A DNA stretch of 63,147 nucleotides from an uncultured Clostridia bacterium (GCA_944388775.1 CALXKC010000003.1:1-63147); one strand, 5' to 3'. Shown: positions 10,713 to 21,420, numbered from the stretch's first letter. Translations and numbers: made by a program. Notes: generated by a model not told the origin, from the sequence alone.

Positions 10713-12299
10713 ATGAAATCAAATTGGATAAAATACGTTTTTATCATTTTTATCATAGGAATATTAATCTTCGCAGTTTTAAAAATCAGACAAGACCAAG
10801 AAGAAATTAATTTAGAAGAGCAAAGCACATCAAATGAAGAAGAACAAGTAAAAGAAATCAAGGTGGGAATTGCTGGGTTAGATATGATAAATCCGATTTT
10901 AAGTAATAATAAAAATGTGCAAGATATTACAAAATTGATTTATGAACCATTAGTAAATTTAACTTCAGATTATAAAGCAGAGCCATGTCTAGCAACAGAG
11001 TGGGCTAAACAGAGTGACAATTCATATTTAATTAAGTTAAGAGAAAATGTCAGATGGTCAGATGGACAAAGATTTACTGCAGAAGATGTTAGGTTTACAA
11101 TTGATAGGCTAAAAGAAGTTTCTTCAATTTATTCATATAATGTTCAATATGTAACTGCTATAGAAATAATGGATGATTATACAGTAAAAATAAGTTTAGA
11201 TAGAGAAGTTCCATTTTTTGAATATTATTTGACATTTCCAATATTGTCAAAAGATTATTATGAGGGTGAAGATTTTGTAACAACTACTAAAAATAGTCAG
11301 CCGATAGGAACAGGTAAATATAAAATAAGTACTGTTGATTCATCAAATATAGTTTTAGTGAAAAATGATTCTTGGTGGGATATAAAAAACACACCTCTAA
11401 CTTTGGAAACAATTACAGTAAATCTATATTCGTCAATAGGGGAATTATATAATAGCTTTAAAGTAGGAAACTTAGATTTAGTAGCAACAGATAATACAAG
11501 TTTATCAGAATATATTGGAACAATAGGATATACACCTAATGAAATGAAGGGAAGAGACCATACATTTTTAGCATTTAATACCCAAAATGAATTACTTTCT
11601 AACATTGAAGTAAGACGAGCAATATCTTATTCTATAGATAAAGACAATATAGTATCATCTATATTTAATAATCAAGCATATACTAGTAGTTTTCCATTAG
11701 ATTATGGTAGTTGGTTATATCAAGAAGGAACAGCTAGTAGTGGATATAATGTTGAACAGGCTAGGCAAGTGCTAGAAGATGCTGGTTGGACATATCGTTC
11801 AAGCTCTTGGCAGAAAACAATAAATAGAAGGACACAGCGAATAGAACTGAATTTGTTAGTTAAAGCAAGTGATGCTACAAAAGTTTCTGTTGCTCAGAAT
11901 ATAAAAACTCAATTGGAAGCACAAGGAATTAGAATAAATATTGTACAGGCCTCTGATGAGGAATATACAAATAGAATAAATAATAAAAATTACAATATTG
12001 CATTATGTACTTTAACATTATCTACATCACCAGATTTAACTACGTTTTTTGGAGATGGCAATTTAGCAAATTATACAAATGAAGAAATTACAAATATTAT
12101 GAATGAAGTTAAAAATACAACAGATGAAAATGTTTTAAAAGAAAGATATTCACGTTTGATAGAGATTTATAAGTCAGATGCTCCATATTTAAGTTTGTAT
12201 AATAATAAGTATGTTGTTGCTTTTAACTCTGGATTGGTTGGAGAGAAAAAGCCTAATTGGTTTTGCTCATTCTATGGAGTTGAAACATGGTATAAATAA
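10713..12299 (+). CDS. Peptide/nickel ABC transporter substrate-binding protein (family 5), membrane anchored
   Basis: IYEPLV...PCLATEW...WSDGQRFTAEDV, PIGTGKY, VRRAISYSID motifs. Confidence 0.88.
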   Translation: MKSNWIKYVFIIFIIGILIFAVLKIRQDQEEINLEEQSTSNEEEQVKEIKVGIAGLDMINPILSNNKNVQDITKLIYEPLVNLTSDYKAEPCLATEWAKQSDNSYLIKLRENVRWSDGQRFTAEDVRFTIDRLKEVSSIYSYNVQYVTAIEIMDDYTVKISLDREVPFFEYYLTFPILSKDYYEGEDFVTTTKNSQPIGTGKYKISTVDSSNIVLVKNDSWWDIKNTPLTLETITVNLYSSIGELYNSFKVGNLDLVATDNTSLSEYIGTIGYTPNEMKGRDHTFLAFNTQNELLSNIEVRRAISYSIDKDNIVSSIFNNQAYTSSFPLDYGSWLYQEGTASSGYNVEQARQVLEDAGWTYRSSSWQKTINRRTQRIELNLLVKASDATKVSVAQNIKTQLEAQGIRINIVQASDEEYTNRINNKNYNIALCTLTLSTSPDLTTFFGDGNLANYTNEEITNIMNEVKNTTDENVLKERYSRLIEIYKSDAPYLSLYNNKYVVAFNSGLVGEKKPNWFCSFYGVETWYK

Positions 12300-12304
12300 G
12301 ATAT

Positions 12305-12477
12305 TTACTAGAATGTTATATTAAATATTTTTTGTACCTTGTTGTCGCAACCTATGATTTTAAAAGAAAAATTTCATTTTTCTTTTCATAGTAAGAAGGT
12401 TGCTTCAATCGCACTCGCTTTTGCTCGTTTGGTCGCTACGCGGTACTACAAAATGATTTAATATAACATTCTAGTAA
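12305..12477. mobile_element. MITE-like fold-back element, 173 bp
   Basis: Perfect 22-bp terminal inverted repeat TTACTAGAATGTTATATTAAAT plus nested internal stems; non-coding. Confidence 0.55.
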
Positions 12478-12548
12478 GTGGAAGAGAAGGCTGGAATCGA
12501 TAAAAGTAGTTATTTAAAGCATAACGAAAAAAATTTTAAACAAAACTA

Positions 12549-12598
12549 TTGACAAAACAAAAATTTGGTATATAATGTATCTATCAAACAAAAGTTCA
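12549..12598 (+). promoter_or_regulatory. recA promoter with probable LexA (Cheo-type) box
   Basis: TTGACA-16nt-TATAAT, then AAAC-AAAA-GTTC (12586-12597), resembling GAAC-N4-GTTC. Confidence 0.65.
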
Positions 12599-12620
12599 AA
12601 TTATTTAAGGAGGAAAATTC

Positions 12621-13670
12621 ATGGGAGAAAATAATGAAAAAAAGAAGGCACTAGAAGTAGCAATGAGCCAAATAGAAAAACAATTTGGAAAAGGTTCAGT
12701 AATGAAATTAGGAGAATTTAAAGCAATGGAGGTTGAAGCAATACCAACAGGAGCTTTAAGTTTGGATATAGCTTTAGGTATAGGAGGAGTTCCAAGAGGA
12801 AGAATTATAGAAATATATGGTCCAGAATCATCTGGTAAAACAACATTAGCTTTACATGTTGTTGCAGAAGCACAAAAAACAGGTGGAGAAGCAGCATTTA
12901 TAGATGCAGAGCATGCATTAGACCCAATATATGCAAAAAAATTAGGTGTTGATATAGATAATTTAATAGTTTCACAACCAGATACAGGAGAACAAGCATT
13001 AGAAATTACAGAAAGCTTAATAAGAAGTGGAGCATTAGATGTAATTGTAGTTGACTCTGTTGCAGCTTTAGTTCCAAAAGCTGAAATAGATGGAGATATG
13101 GGAGATTCACATATGGGACTTCAAGCAAGATTAATGTCACAAGCATTAAGAAAACTTGCTGGAGCATTAAATAAAACAAAAACAGTTCTTATCTTCATCA
13201 ACCAATTAAGAGAAAAAATAGGAGTTATGTTTGGAAATCCTGAAACAACAACAGGTGGTAGAGCTTTAAAATTCTATGCATCAGTAAGAATGGATATTAG
13301 AAAAATAGAAAATATAAAACAAGATGGAGAAGTAAAAGGAAGTAGAGTACGTGTTAAAGTTATAAAAAATAAAGTTGCACCACCTTTTAGAGAAGCTGAA
13401 TTTGATATTGTATATGGGGAAGGAATATCAAAAGAAGGAAATATCTTAGATATGGCAGTAAACTTGGATATTATAGAAAAAGCGGGTTCTTGGTTTAGCT
13501 ATAATGGAGAAAGAATTGGGCAAGGTAGAGAAAACGTTAAGAAATATCTAAAAGAAAATCCAGATATCCTAAAAGAAGTGGAAGGAAAAGTTAGAGATAA
13601 TTTTGCAAAAGCTTTTGAACAAAGTTTAGGAGAAGAATTACCTAATGTAGATGAAGATGAGGAAGAATAA
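12621..13670 (+). CDS. recA: Recombinase RecA
   Basis: GPESSGKTT; [16 protein letters not shown] signature. Confidence 0.99.
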   Translation: MGENNEKKKALEVAMSQIEKQFGKGSVMKLGEFKAMEVEAIPTGALSLDIALGIGGVPRGRIIEIYGPESSGKTTLALHVVAEAQKTGGEAAFIDAEHALDPIYAKKLGVDIDNLIVSQPDTGEQALEITESLIRSGALDVIVVDSVAALVPKAEIDGDMGDSHMGLQARLMSQALRKLAGALNKTKTVLIFINQLREKIGVMFGNPETTTGGRALKFYASVRMDIRKIENIKQDGEVKGSRVRVKVIKNKVAPPFREAEFDIVYGEGISKEGNILDMAVNLDIIEKAGSWFSYNGERIGQGRENVKKYLKENPDILKEVEGKVRDNFAKAFEQSLGEELPNVDEDEEE

Positions 13671-13681
13671 AAATAAAAATG

Positions 13682-13720
13682 AAAAGAACAGGACAAATTT
13701 AATTAGAATCCTGTTCTTTT
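13682..13720. terminator. Bidirectional terminator between recA and the convergent gene
   Basis: AAAAGAACAGGA / TCCTGTTCTTTT. Confidence 0.8.
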
Positions 13721-13726
13721 GAGGTA

Positions 13727-14329
13727 TTATCCGACTTCTACATCCTGCGAATTGCGTAAATCTTCAGTAACGAGAGAACCTTTTACTGAAAGACTGTTGT
13801 AGTTACAGTCATAATAGTCATCTGCATATAAATCCCTGCCACATGTAGTCACACCGACATCTGCACTAACACAGAATATGTCAAAAATGGAATCTATATT
13901 ATTACAATCTATTTGTCCATTTACATAGATTGAAAATGAATTTAATATATCATTGCATATTAAATCACCATTATCTATGAAAATGTTGCAAACATCTGCA
14001 ATATCTGAGCCGGCAATATTGAATGAACCATTTGTTACATGAATATCTCCATCGCTGACTGAGAAATATTCACATACTGCACCATCATCAGGATCAGGTG
14101 CATATCCATCAATATCTTCAGTCCATAAATCAGCAACAGTAAAATCACCATTGATAATTTCAAAAGTTGGAGCAATGATTTCATCATCGTAGTCTTTTGA
14201 TTGGGCTAAAATTAGGGTTCCAGTTACTGTAAAACTACCATCTTCAATTTTGGTTTCTCCTAAAAGCCGTAAGTCTCCATCAAAGAAAAAGTCTTCGCCT
14301 TTGACGTGCAAATTTGTCATTGTTACCAT
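13727..14329 (-). CDS. Acidic hypothetical protein, possibly a beta-solenoid
   Basis: RBS AGGAGG and TTGCAA-17-TATACT promoter upstream; repeated I-x-(V/I)-x-NG-x-(L/I/F) units. Confidence 0.7.
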   Translation of the reverse strand: MVTMTNLHVKGEDFFFDGDLRLLGETKIEDGSFTVTGTLILAQSKDYDDEIIAPTFEIINGDFTVADLWTEDIDGYAPDPDDGAVCEYFSVSDGDIHVTNGSFNIAGSDIADVCNIFIDNGDLICNDILNSFSIYVNGQIDCNNIDSIFDIFCVSADVGVTTCGRDLYADDYYDCNYNSLSVKGSLVTEDLRNSQDVEVG

Positions 14330-14504
14330 AGAAAAATACCTCCTTTTTCTAAAGACAAGTTTTTGTTACAAGAATAGTATACATTGTTATACATAAAATT
14401 GCAACAAAATAATTAAAAAATAGTTCAAACCTTGATATTTAATCTTGATTATAGTAAAATAGGTTATAGAAAAATCAACATATAAATAAAGGAAAGGAAT
14501 ATTA

Positions 14505-14951
14505 ATGTATACAATCGAAGAATTTGATAAAGAAAAAACAAAAGTACTAAAATACATAATATACAAAAAAAGAAGCGAGCAAGAAATAAGAAACAAATTT
14601 GCTAAAACAATAGACGAAAACATGCTAGAAGATATAATTGAATATCTAAAAGAAGCAAACTATATAAATGATAAAGAATTTATCGAAAAAACAATTAATA
14701 ATTTCAAAGTATTAAAAAATCTATCTATAAAAGAAATGAAATATAAGTTAATGGCAAAAGGATTAAATAAAGACGATATAGAAGACTATTTCTGTGAAAA
14801 TAAAGAAGAATTAGAAGAATATGAGACGAAATCAGCATCAAATATAATATATAAAAAATCAGATTCAATGGAGCAAGATGAAATAAAGCAATATTTATTG
14901 AAAAAGGGATATAAAATGGATAGCATAAACAGAGCTTTTGAAGAAATTTAG
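14505..14951 (+). CDS. recX: Regulatory protein RecX
   Basis: RSEQEIR..L, YIND..F, K.KLM.KG and YLLKKGY three-helix repeats; close to recA. Confidence 0.85.
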   Translation: MYTIEEFDKEKTKVLKYIIYKKRSEQEIRNKFAKTIDENMLEDIIEYLKEANYINDKEFIEKTINNFKVLKNLSIKEMKYKLMAKGLNKDDIEDYFCENKEELEEYETKSASNIIYKKSDSMEQDEIKQYLLKKGYKMDSINRAFEEI

Positions 14952-14964
14952 ATTTCGAGAGTAA

Positions 14965-15020
14965 GTGCCGTCCCTAAAGTGACCAAAAATGGTCACTCCG
15001 AACCTGTCCCCAAACTGACC
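14965..15020. repeat. REP-like GGGAC element, TGACC subfamily
   Basis: GTGCC-GTCCC-TAAAG-TGACC-AAAAAT-GGTCA-CTCCGAACCT-GTCCC-CAAAC-TGACC; ends just before the scpA RBS. Confidence 0.8.
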
Positions 15021-15044
15021 ATAACACAAAAAGGAGTAATTAAA

Positions 15045-15797
15045 ATGTCACTATTAACATTAGAAACAAAAAAATATGCAATAAAAATAGATAATTTTGA
15101 AGGACCAATAGATTTATTGTGTCACTTAATAGACAAAAATAAAATGGATATTTATGATATAAATTTAAGTGAAATAACAGACCAATACATAGAATATTTA
15201 AAAGAACAAGAAAGACTAAATTTAGAGATTGCCAGTGAATTTTTAGTTATGGCATCTACTTTGCTATATTTAAAGTCTAAAAAACTTTTACCTAAGCAAG
15301 AAGAAGAGGAAGAAGAATTAACAGAGGAAGAATTAATTAGACGTATTATAGAATATAAAAAGTTTAAAGAGATAAGCAAAGTTTTAAAAGAGAATTATAA
15401 TAAATATTCTAATAGATATTATAAGCAACAAGAAGAAATAGAACTACCAAAGCAAAAATTAGAAAAGAATTATGAAAATACTTTAATACCACAAATTTAT
15501 GAGGATTTAGTAGAAAGAAACAAAGTTAAATTAAATCAAAATGCAAAAAATATTGAAAAGATTGCAATACAAGATAATTATACAGTAGCAAGTAAAGTAA
15601 AAGAAATGTTTAAAGTATTGATAAAACAAAAGAAATTTATATTTAATAAGCTATTTTCTATTAAAACACACAACAAACAAGAAGTAGTAACAGCATTTTC
15701 AGGATTATTGGAATTATCAAGAAGAAGTAAAGTAGAAACAAAACAAGAAGAATTATTTGGAGATATAGAAGTAGAAAAATCTAAAAAAGTAGGATAA
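15045..15797 (+). CDS. scpA: Segregation and condensation protein A (kleisin)
   Basis: FEGPIDLL, ITDQY, ASEFLVMASTLL..KS, F..LLEL, Q.ELFGDI; RBS AAGGAG before ATG 15045. Confidence 0.93.
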   Translation: MSLLTLETKKYAIKIDNFEGPIDLLCHLIDKNKMDIYDINLSEITDQYIEYLKEQERLNLEIASEFLVMASTLLYLKSKKLLPKQEEEEEELTEEELIRRIIEYKKFKEISKVLKENYNKYSNRYYKQQEEIELPKQKLEKNYENTLIPQIYEDLVERNKVKLNQNAKNIEKIAIQDNYTVASKVKEMFKVLIKQKKFIFNKLFSIKTHNKQEVVTAFSGLLELSRRSKVETKQEELFGDIEVEKSKKVG

Positions 15798-15869
15798 AAT
15801 TATAAAATATTGTTTAATTTTCAAAAAAATGGAAAAACTAATTATAAACCTAAAAAGAAGGTGATATGA

Positions 15870-16496
15870 TTGGTTTTTCTTTTGGTTTTGATAGTTTTTC
15901 TAATATTAATTATTATATTTACTTTTTCAAAAATACAATTACAAATATTAAAATTTAATTATTCGTCAGCTAATAAACAACATATTAATCCAAAATATAA
16001 ATTAGTGTTGGCATGGTATATTTTAGGAAGATTACCTATAATAAAAATAAATGTAGATAAAACAAAATTTAGTAAACTAAAAGTAAAAGAAAAATTTTTA
16101 AATATAGAAATGGATTTTATACAAGGGAAAAAACAAATAGATAAAAATGTTTTGGATATTATAAAGAAATTAAAATTTAGTATAAAAAAATTAGATTTAA
16201 AAATTGATATTGGAACAGAAAATGCAGCATTAACATCTTTAATAGTACCTATAATTAGTACAATAGTAGCATTATATCTAAGAGAAAAGATAAAAAGTAA
16301 AAAGGAACAATTTTTTACGATACAACCAATTTATCAAAATCAAAATTACTTAAATATAAAACTTTCAGGTATATTTGAGTTAAAAACAAACCATATTATA
16401 AATGTCATATATTTATTATCGAGAAAAAATAAAAAAGGAGTGAAGAAATATGAGCGAACATCCAATAGAAGGTCTTATGACTACAGCTATGAATAG
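15870..16496 (+). CDS. DUF2953/YtfI-like sporulation protein
   Basis: N-terminal TM, IGTENAALT motif, directly upstream of ytfJ; sigma-F-like GGAAAAACTA at 15831. Confidence 0.7.
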   Translation: MVFLLVLIVFLILIIIFTFSKIQLQILKFNYSSANKQHINPKYKLVLAWYILGRLPIIKINVDKTKFSKLKVKEKFLNIEMDFIQGKKQIDKNVLDIIKKLKFSIKKLDLKIDIGTENAALTSLIVPIISTIVALYLREKIKSKKEQFFTIQPIYQNQNYLNIKLSGIFELKTNHIINVIYLLSRKNKKGVKKYERTSNRRSYDYSYE

Positions 16497-17064
16497 TATC
16501 CAAGACATGATTGATGTAAATACAATTATAGGAGAGCCAATTGAAACTTCAAATAATATTGTAATTATTCCAATATCAAAGGTTTCATTTGGTTTTGCAG
16601 CAGGGGGAAGTGAATTTAAAGGAGAAACAGTAGATGAATACACTAAAAAGGATAAGGAAGAAGCTATACAATATAGACTTCCATTTGGCGGAGGAAGTGG
16701 TGCTGGAGTAAGCATTAATCCAATTGCATTTTTAGTAATTCAAGCTGATAGTGTTAAATTAATGCCAGTAAATCATTCTTCTTCAATTGATAAATTATTA
16801 GATTATATTCCTGACTTGATGGAAAAAGCTAATAACATGATGAATCGTTGTATGAAAAACCGAAATGAAGAAACACAAAAAATTCTTAAAGAAATGCAAA
16901 AAAAGCATGACAAAAATATGAAAAAACAACAAGATGATAAAAAGGAAATTGAGAATAAAATTGAAAAAGAGGTTGAAAAAGTAGAAAAAGTTAGGAGAGA
17001 AGTTAAACCTAGAGAAAATATTGACTATGAATTTGAATATGATGAAACTATTGAGGATGAATAG
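16450..17064 (+). CDS. ytfJ: Sporulation protein YtfJ/GerW
   Basis: HPIEGLM, DVNTIIGEPI, IIPISKVSFGFAAGGSEF, FGGGSGAGVSINP. Confidence 0.93.
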   Translation: MSEHPIEGLMTTAMNSIQDMIDVNTIIGEPIETSNNIVIIPISKVSFGFAAGGSEFKGETVDEYTKKDKEEAIQYRLPFGGGSGAGVSINPIAFLVIQADSVKLMPVNHSSSIDKLLDYIPDLMEKANNMMNRCMKNRNEETQKILKEMQKKHDKNMKKQQDDKKEIENKIEKEVEKVEKVRREVKPRENIDYEFEYDETIEDE

Positions 17065-17074
17065 AAAAATTAAA

Positions 17075-17110
17075 AAAAGTCTAGCTATAATTATAAATAG
17101 CTGGACTTTT
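17075..17110. terminator. Bidirectional terminator between ytfJ and dacF
   Basis: AAAAGTCTAGCTAT / ATAGCTGGACTTTT. Confidence 0.75.
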
Positions 17111-17194
17111 AAATTAGTAACTTTTTTAATTTCGTTTGTAGTTTAATTAATCCATTAAATAATTATTTTTCTGTCACCAAGATTATCCTCCAAA

Positions 17195-18434
17195 TCATCT
17201 TAATAAATCAATCCACTTATAAACGACAGACTTAGTCATAGTAAATAAATTAATTTTATCAACAGAATTACTTGCAATTAAATCAACAGTTGTTAATACT
17301 TCACCATTCATAGAATATGTGGCAGTACCGAGTTTTTGACCTTCTTGAATTGGAGCAGAAATATTTTCATCGATAGAGATACTTTGTTTTATATTTTTAT
17401 CTTCACCTTTTTTTATTAAGATGCCTGCATTATCACTAAATACAATATCAACAGTAGAATTTACTCCTTTATTTACAATTGCAGTATTTGCAATATCATC
17501 CTTTTTAGCAAATTCTTTGTATACAAAATTGTTGAATCCATAATCTAATAATTTTTCTGCTTCTGCAAAGCGAACTTTGGTAGAAGGAGCCTTCATAATA
17601 ACGGCAATTAATGATAAACCATCACGAGTAGCACTTGCTGATAAATTATATAAAGCTAAACCAGTAGAACCAGTTTTTAAACCAGTTGCTCCTTTATATG
17701 TCCTAATTAGTTTGTTTGTATTAGTTAATTGAGATTTCCCGTCTCTTAAAGAATCCATCCAAATAGTAGTATAGTTAGTAATTTGAGGATGATTATTTAG
17801 TAGTTCTTTAGACATCAAAGCAATATCATAACTTGAAGTTACATGACCATCTTCATCTAAACCATGACAATTTTTGAAAGTAGTATCATTCATACCTAAT
17901 TCATTTGCTTTGTCATTCATCATTTGCACAAAAGCATCTTCAGAACCAGCAATGTATTCTGCCATTGCGACAACTCCGATCGTTAGCTGAAGCAACACAA
18001 ATAGCTTTTAGCATTTCATCAACTGTCAAAGTTTCTGTAGGATCTAGCCATATTTGTGAGCCACCCATAGAAGTAGCATTTTCACTACATGGAACAGAAT
18101 CTGTTAATGATATTTTACCACTATCAAGTGCTTCCATAATTAGCAAAATGCTCATTACTTTTGTAACAGAAGCAGGACGTAGTTGTTCGTGCTCGTTATG
18201 TGCATATAGGACTTTTCCAGTTGTTTGTTCAATTAGAATTGCAGATTCAGATTCTAGATTCAAAGAATTAGTATTTGTAGAATTTTGAACAGCATTTGCG
18301 GATACTTCCGAAATATCTGTGTCAAATGAGTCTGACCAAATATATGTAGATTCACTTGCAAGACAATTTGAGAAAGCAAAAAATGTTAAACAAAATATTA
18401 GCAATAAACAAATAAAAAATTTAAAACTTCGCAT
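17195..18434 (-). CDS. dacF: D-alanyl-D-alanine carboxypeptidase (DacF-like), interrupted by a +1 shift at CGG (17978)
   Basis: Upstream frame: signal peptide, ASVTK (SxxK), SAN (SxN). Downstream frame: HGL, KTG, C-terminal domain. Join GAT-C-GGA-GTT gives SAND-G-VVAMAE. Confidence 0.88.
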
Positions 18435-18538
18435 AAAGACCTCCACCTGAGTGACATACTCGAATATGTGATAGTACAATATATGAAAGTTTTAAATTTT
18501 TATTCATGTATAGCGGTTTTATTTTAAATTTATAAAAT

Positions 18539-19273
18539 TTAGGTTTGCAATTCAACCAAAGAAGTATAAACATAGTTACCATCTGTGCTAGCTAAAATCT
18601 TTACACTATTATTTAAATCATTTCTAAATTTAAAATCATAACTACCATATGCAACAGCAGCGTCTTTACCTTTTGCAACATAAGGCACATTATTACTATG
18701 TTCATGTCTTTCAGTAACAACGAGACTAGGAATAGCAAGAACTGCATTGTATAAAGTACTACTAACTTGGCAGTTTCCTCCACCTAAACCTTCTTTTTTC
18801 TTACCATTGTGGTCATAAATGTCAGCTTTTTCATAACCTTTACTTGTTGTTGCTTTTCCTACTGTTTGACAAAAAGAAAATGTTTCACCTGCATTTACAA
18901 TTGTACCGTTTAAAGTATTACAAGTAATTTCGATATTATTTTGTCGAGAGGAATCTTTTGTATATATTTTGGTTGAAAAAGAACTAATTGTTTGTTCTTT
19001 TGTAATTCCGCTTCTAATTTCAGTAGTTGTATTATCTGTAGCGTTATTATCTTGAGCATTGTTTTGGCCAGTTGTATTTTCTGAATTGTCCGTATCGACA
19101 GAATTATTTTCATCACTAGAATCATTGTTGGAACTGTTATCTTTTGTAGCAGTTTTTTGAGCATCATAATCATTTGAATTAGAGTTATTTGAGTTGTAAT
19201 AAAAATAAATACCAGCTCCAATTAGAGCTAAAACAATTAAAATGCATAAAATAATCCATTTTTTATTTTTCAT
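18539..19273 (-). CDS. VanW-family protein with N-terminal anchor
   Basis: R.NNI, GETFSF, GGG.CQVSSTLYNA, ER..HS, DAAV.YG..DFKFRN. Confidence 0.87.
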   Translation of the reverse strand: MKNKKWIILCILIVLALIGAGIYFYYNSNNSNSNDYDAQKTATKDNSSNNDSSDENNSVDTDNSENTTGQNNAQDNNATDNTTTEIRSGITKEQTISSFSTKIYTKDSSRQNNIEITCNTLNGTIVNAGETFSFCQTVGKATTSKGYEKADIYDHNGKKKEGLGGGNCQVSSTLYNAVLAIPSLVVTERHEHSNNVPYVAKGKDAAVAYGSYDFKFRNDLNNSVKILASTDGNYVYTSLVELQT

Positions 19274-19326
19274 TTCTTATATCACCAAAATTAGTATAAC
19301 CATAAAAAACTAAAATATTATAATCA

Positions 19327-20832
19327 TCAAAATCTTTCTTTTAAATTATTTAAAAACCTTATTTTCAATTGAATAATAACAACATAAACTAAAACAAAAA
19401 CACCAATTTTAAAAATTGTTTCAACTAAAATAGAAGAAAAAGTAAAAGGTATATTGCATATAACCAAATATGCAAAAATGCAAGCGATTATAGGAAAGAC
19501 AATAAATTTAAAAGGGTTAATATAATATTTAATTTTAGACTTCAATTGTAAAATGCTAACTGTAAAATTTAAAAGTTCACTAACAAAAATACTTAAAATA
19601 TATCCAGTAATTCCTAAATGTGGAACTACAAAGTATATAATAGCAATTGTAATTACTAAATCTAAAATATTGCAAAACATTACATTAGTCTGTTCATTTA
19701 TGCCTTTTAAAATATTATCAATTATATTATCAACATACATAAAAAACACTAAAGGGGCAAGTAATTTAATCATAGGTGCAGCTTCTAAATTTTGATATAT
19801 AGCTAGACTTAATTCATTAGAAAAAAAGAAAAAGACTCCAGTTACACATATACAAAATAAAGAAGCAGCCTTAAAAATTTTATTACATACATCTTTCATC
19901 CTTTTATAATATTTACTTGCAAGTAACCTTGAAAATTCAGGAACAAGTAAACTGCTAAAAGACGCAAAAAATACATTTGCATATAACAAAACAGGCAATA
20001 CCATTCCATTAATTAAACCATATTGAGAAACAGCCATAGAATATGTAAGTCCAGACATTTCTAATCTAATCGGAATTAAAAATTGTTTTAATGAAGAAAG
20101 ACCTGAACGTATATATGATGTTATTGCAATAGGAAAAGATATTGAAAATATTTGTTTTTTCATTTGAAGAGAAGTAGACCTTTTATTTAGATATTTTCTT
20201 ATATCAACTAAATAGAAAATCATATTTAATGAAAAAGAAAAGAATTCTGAAATTACATCTCCTAAAATTAATGAAATACAAATATATTCAATTCCTTTTG
20301 AAATGTTAAAATGCAATAAAATTAATGTTGCAACTATTTTCATAGTCATTTCTACTGTTTGTGATATTGCACCTTTATATGATTTGCCAACAGAAGAAAA
20401 ATATCCATTTATAACAGAAGAAACAGCAATAAAAGGAAGTCCAAGAGCAATTACATAAATTGGGACACTTGAAACAGTTGCTTTTAGCCAAGATTCTGAA
20501 ACCATTGGTGCAGCGAGAAAAATTATCAATCCAGAAATTAGGCTTAATATTACAGAAAACCATATACAAGTTTTTGTTGCATTTATTCCTGTTATATAAT
20601 CTTTTTTTGCAAATCTTTCTGAGACTATATAAGTACAGGCAATTCCAATTCCAGAAGTAGCAATTGTAATTGCAAAATTGTATACAGACATAATTAGGCT
20701 AAAAGTTCCAATTGCTTCTGTTCCTACTTTATTAGATATGTATATATTAAAAACTAAGCCAATTCCACGCATAAATAATGTTGTGAGTGTTAAAATGAAA
20801 CCATTTATTAAAAATATTTTTGCTTTTCTCAA
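19327..20832 (-). CDS. SpoVB-like MOP-family flippase
   Basis: Many TM helices; FNIYISNKVG.EAIG and LVPEFS motifs typical of SpoVB/polysaccharide flippases. Confidence 0.8.
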   Translation of the reverse strand: MRKAKIFLINGFILTLTTLFMRGIGLVFNIYISNKVGTEAIGTFSLIMSVYNFAITIATSGIGIACTYIVSERFAKKDYITGINATKTCIWFSVILSLISGLIIFLAAPMVSESWLKATVSSVPIYVIALGLPFIAVSSVINGYFSSVGKSYKGAISQTVEMTMKIVATLILLHFNISKGIEYICISLILGDVISEFFSFSLNMIFYLVDIRKYLNKRSTSLQMKKQIFSISFPIAITSYIRSGLSSLKQFLIPIRLEMSGLTYSMAVSQYGLINGMVLPVLLYANVFFASFSSLLVPEFSRLLASKYYKRMKDVCNKIFKAASLFCICVTGVFFFFSNELSLAIYQNLEAAPMIKLLAPLVFFMYVDNIIDNILKGINEQTNVMFCNILDLVITIAIIYFVVPHLGITGYILSIFVSELLNFTVSILQLKSKIKYYINPFKFIVFPIIACIFAYLVICNIPFTFSSILVETIFKIGVFVLVYVVIIQLKIRFLNNLKERF

Positions 20833-20973
20833 AATTTTATCACCAAACTTTTAAAAAATTATTAAAATTCATAATTTGTCATTTAAGTTTATGAAGAAAG
20901 TTCAAAAAATATTGACATTTTAACTAAATAAAAGTATAATTAATATGTACTATATAAAGAGAGGAAGAGAATT

Positions 20974-21126
20974 ATGCTTGCAAAATATTGGAAAAAAATT
21001 GGAATGTTAATTTTAATAATTGCTTGTGTATTTAATATTATGAATAAATTAGTACATAAATTATCATTAAACAAAGAAATGATTTATTCTGCAACATATA
21101 TGCAGGAAGAAAATTCTAAAAAATAA
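20974..21126 (+). CDS. Small membrane protein, 50 aa (absent from the ORF track)
   Basis: Perfect TTGACA-17-TATAAT promoter (20912-20940), RBS GAGG, MLAKYWKKIGMLILIIACVFNIM... Confidence 0.7.
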   Translation: MLAKYWKKIGMLILIIACVFNIMNKLVHKLSLNKEMIYSATYMQEENSKK

Positions 21127-21219
21127 AAAATATCTTAAAATAACACTTGAAAAAATAGATAAAATATGTTATTATAAAAAGCAGTCATGTTATTAAATAC
21201 GAGAAAGAGGTGAACTAGA

Positions 21220-21420
21220 ATGAAAGAAGGAATACATCCAAATTATAACCAAACAACAATCACATGTGCATGTGGTAATGTTTTAGAAGTTGGTTCAACA
21301 AAAAAAGATTTAAAAGTAGACGTATGCTCTAAATGCCATCCATTCTGGACAGGAAACTTAAGACAAGAGACAGTTGGTGGTAGAGCAGATAAATTCAAGA
21401 AAAAATATGGTTTAGCATAA
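21220..21420 (+). CDS. rpmE: 50S ribosomal protein L31, zinc-binding type
   Basis: [29 protein letters not shown]. Confidence 0.97.
   Translation: MKEGIHPNYNQTTITCACGNVLEVGSTKKDLKVDVCSKCHPFWTGNLRQETVGGRADKFKKKYGLA

Noticed and set aside
19020-19200. Asn/Ser/Thr-rich low-complexity stretches in the VanW protein (and in SpoIIIAF and SpoIIIAH)
   Set aside because: Ordinary disordered linkers with no DNA-level tandem repeat.
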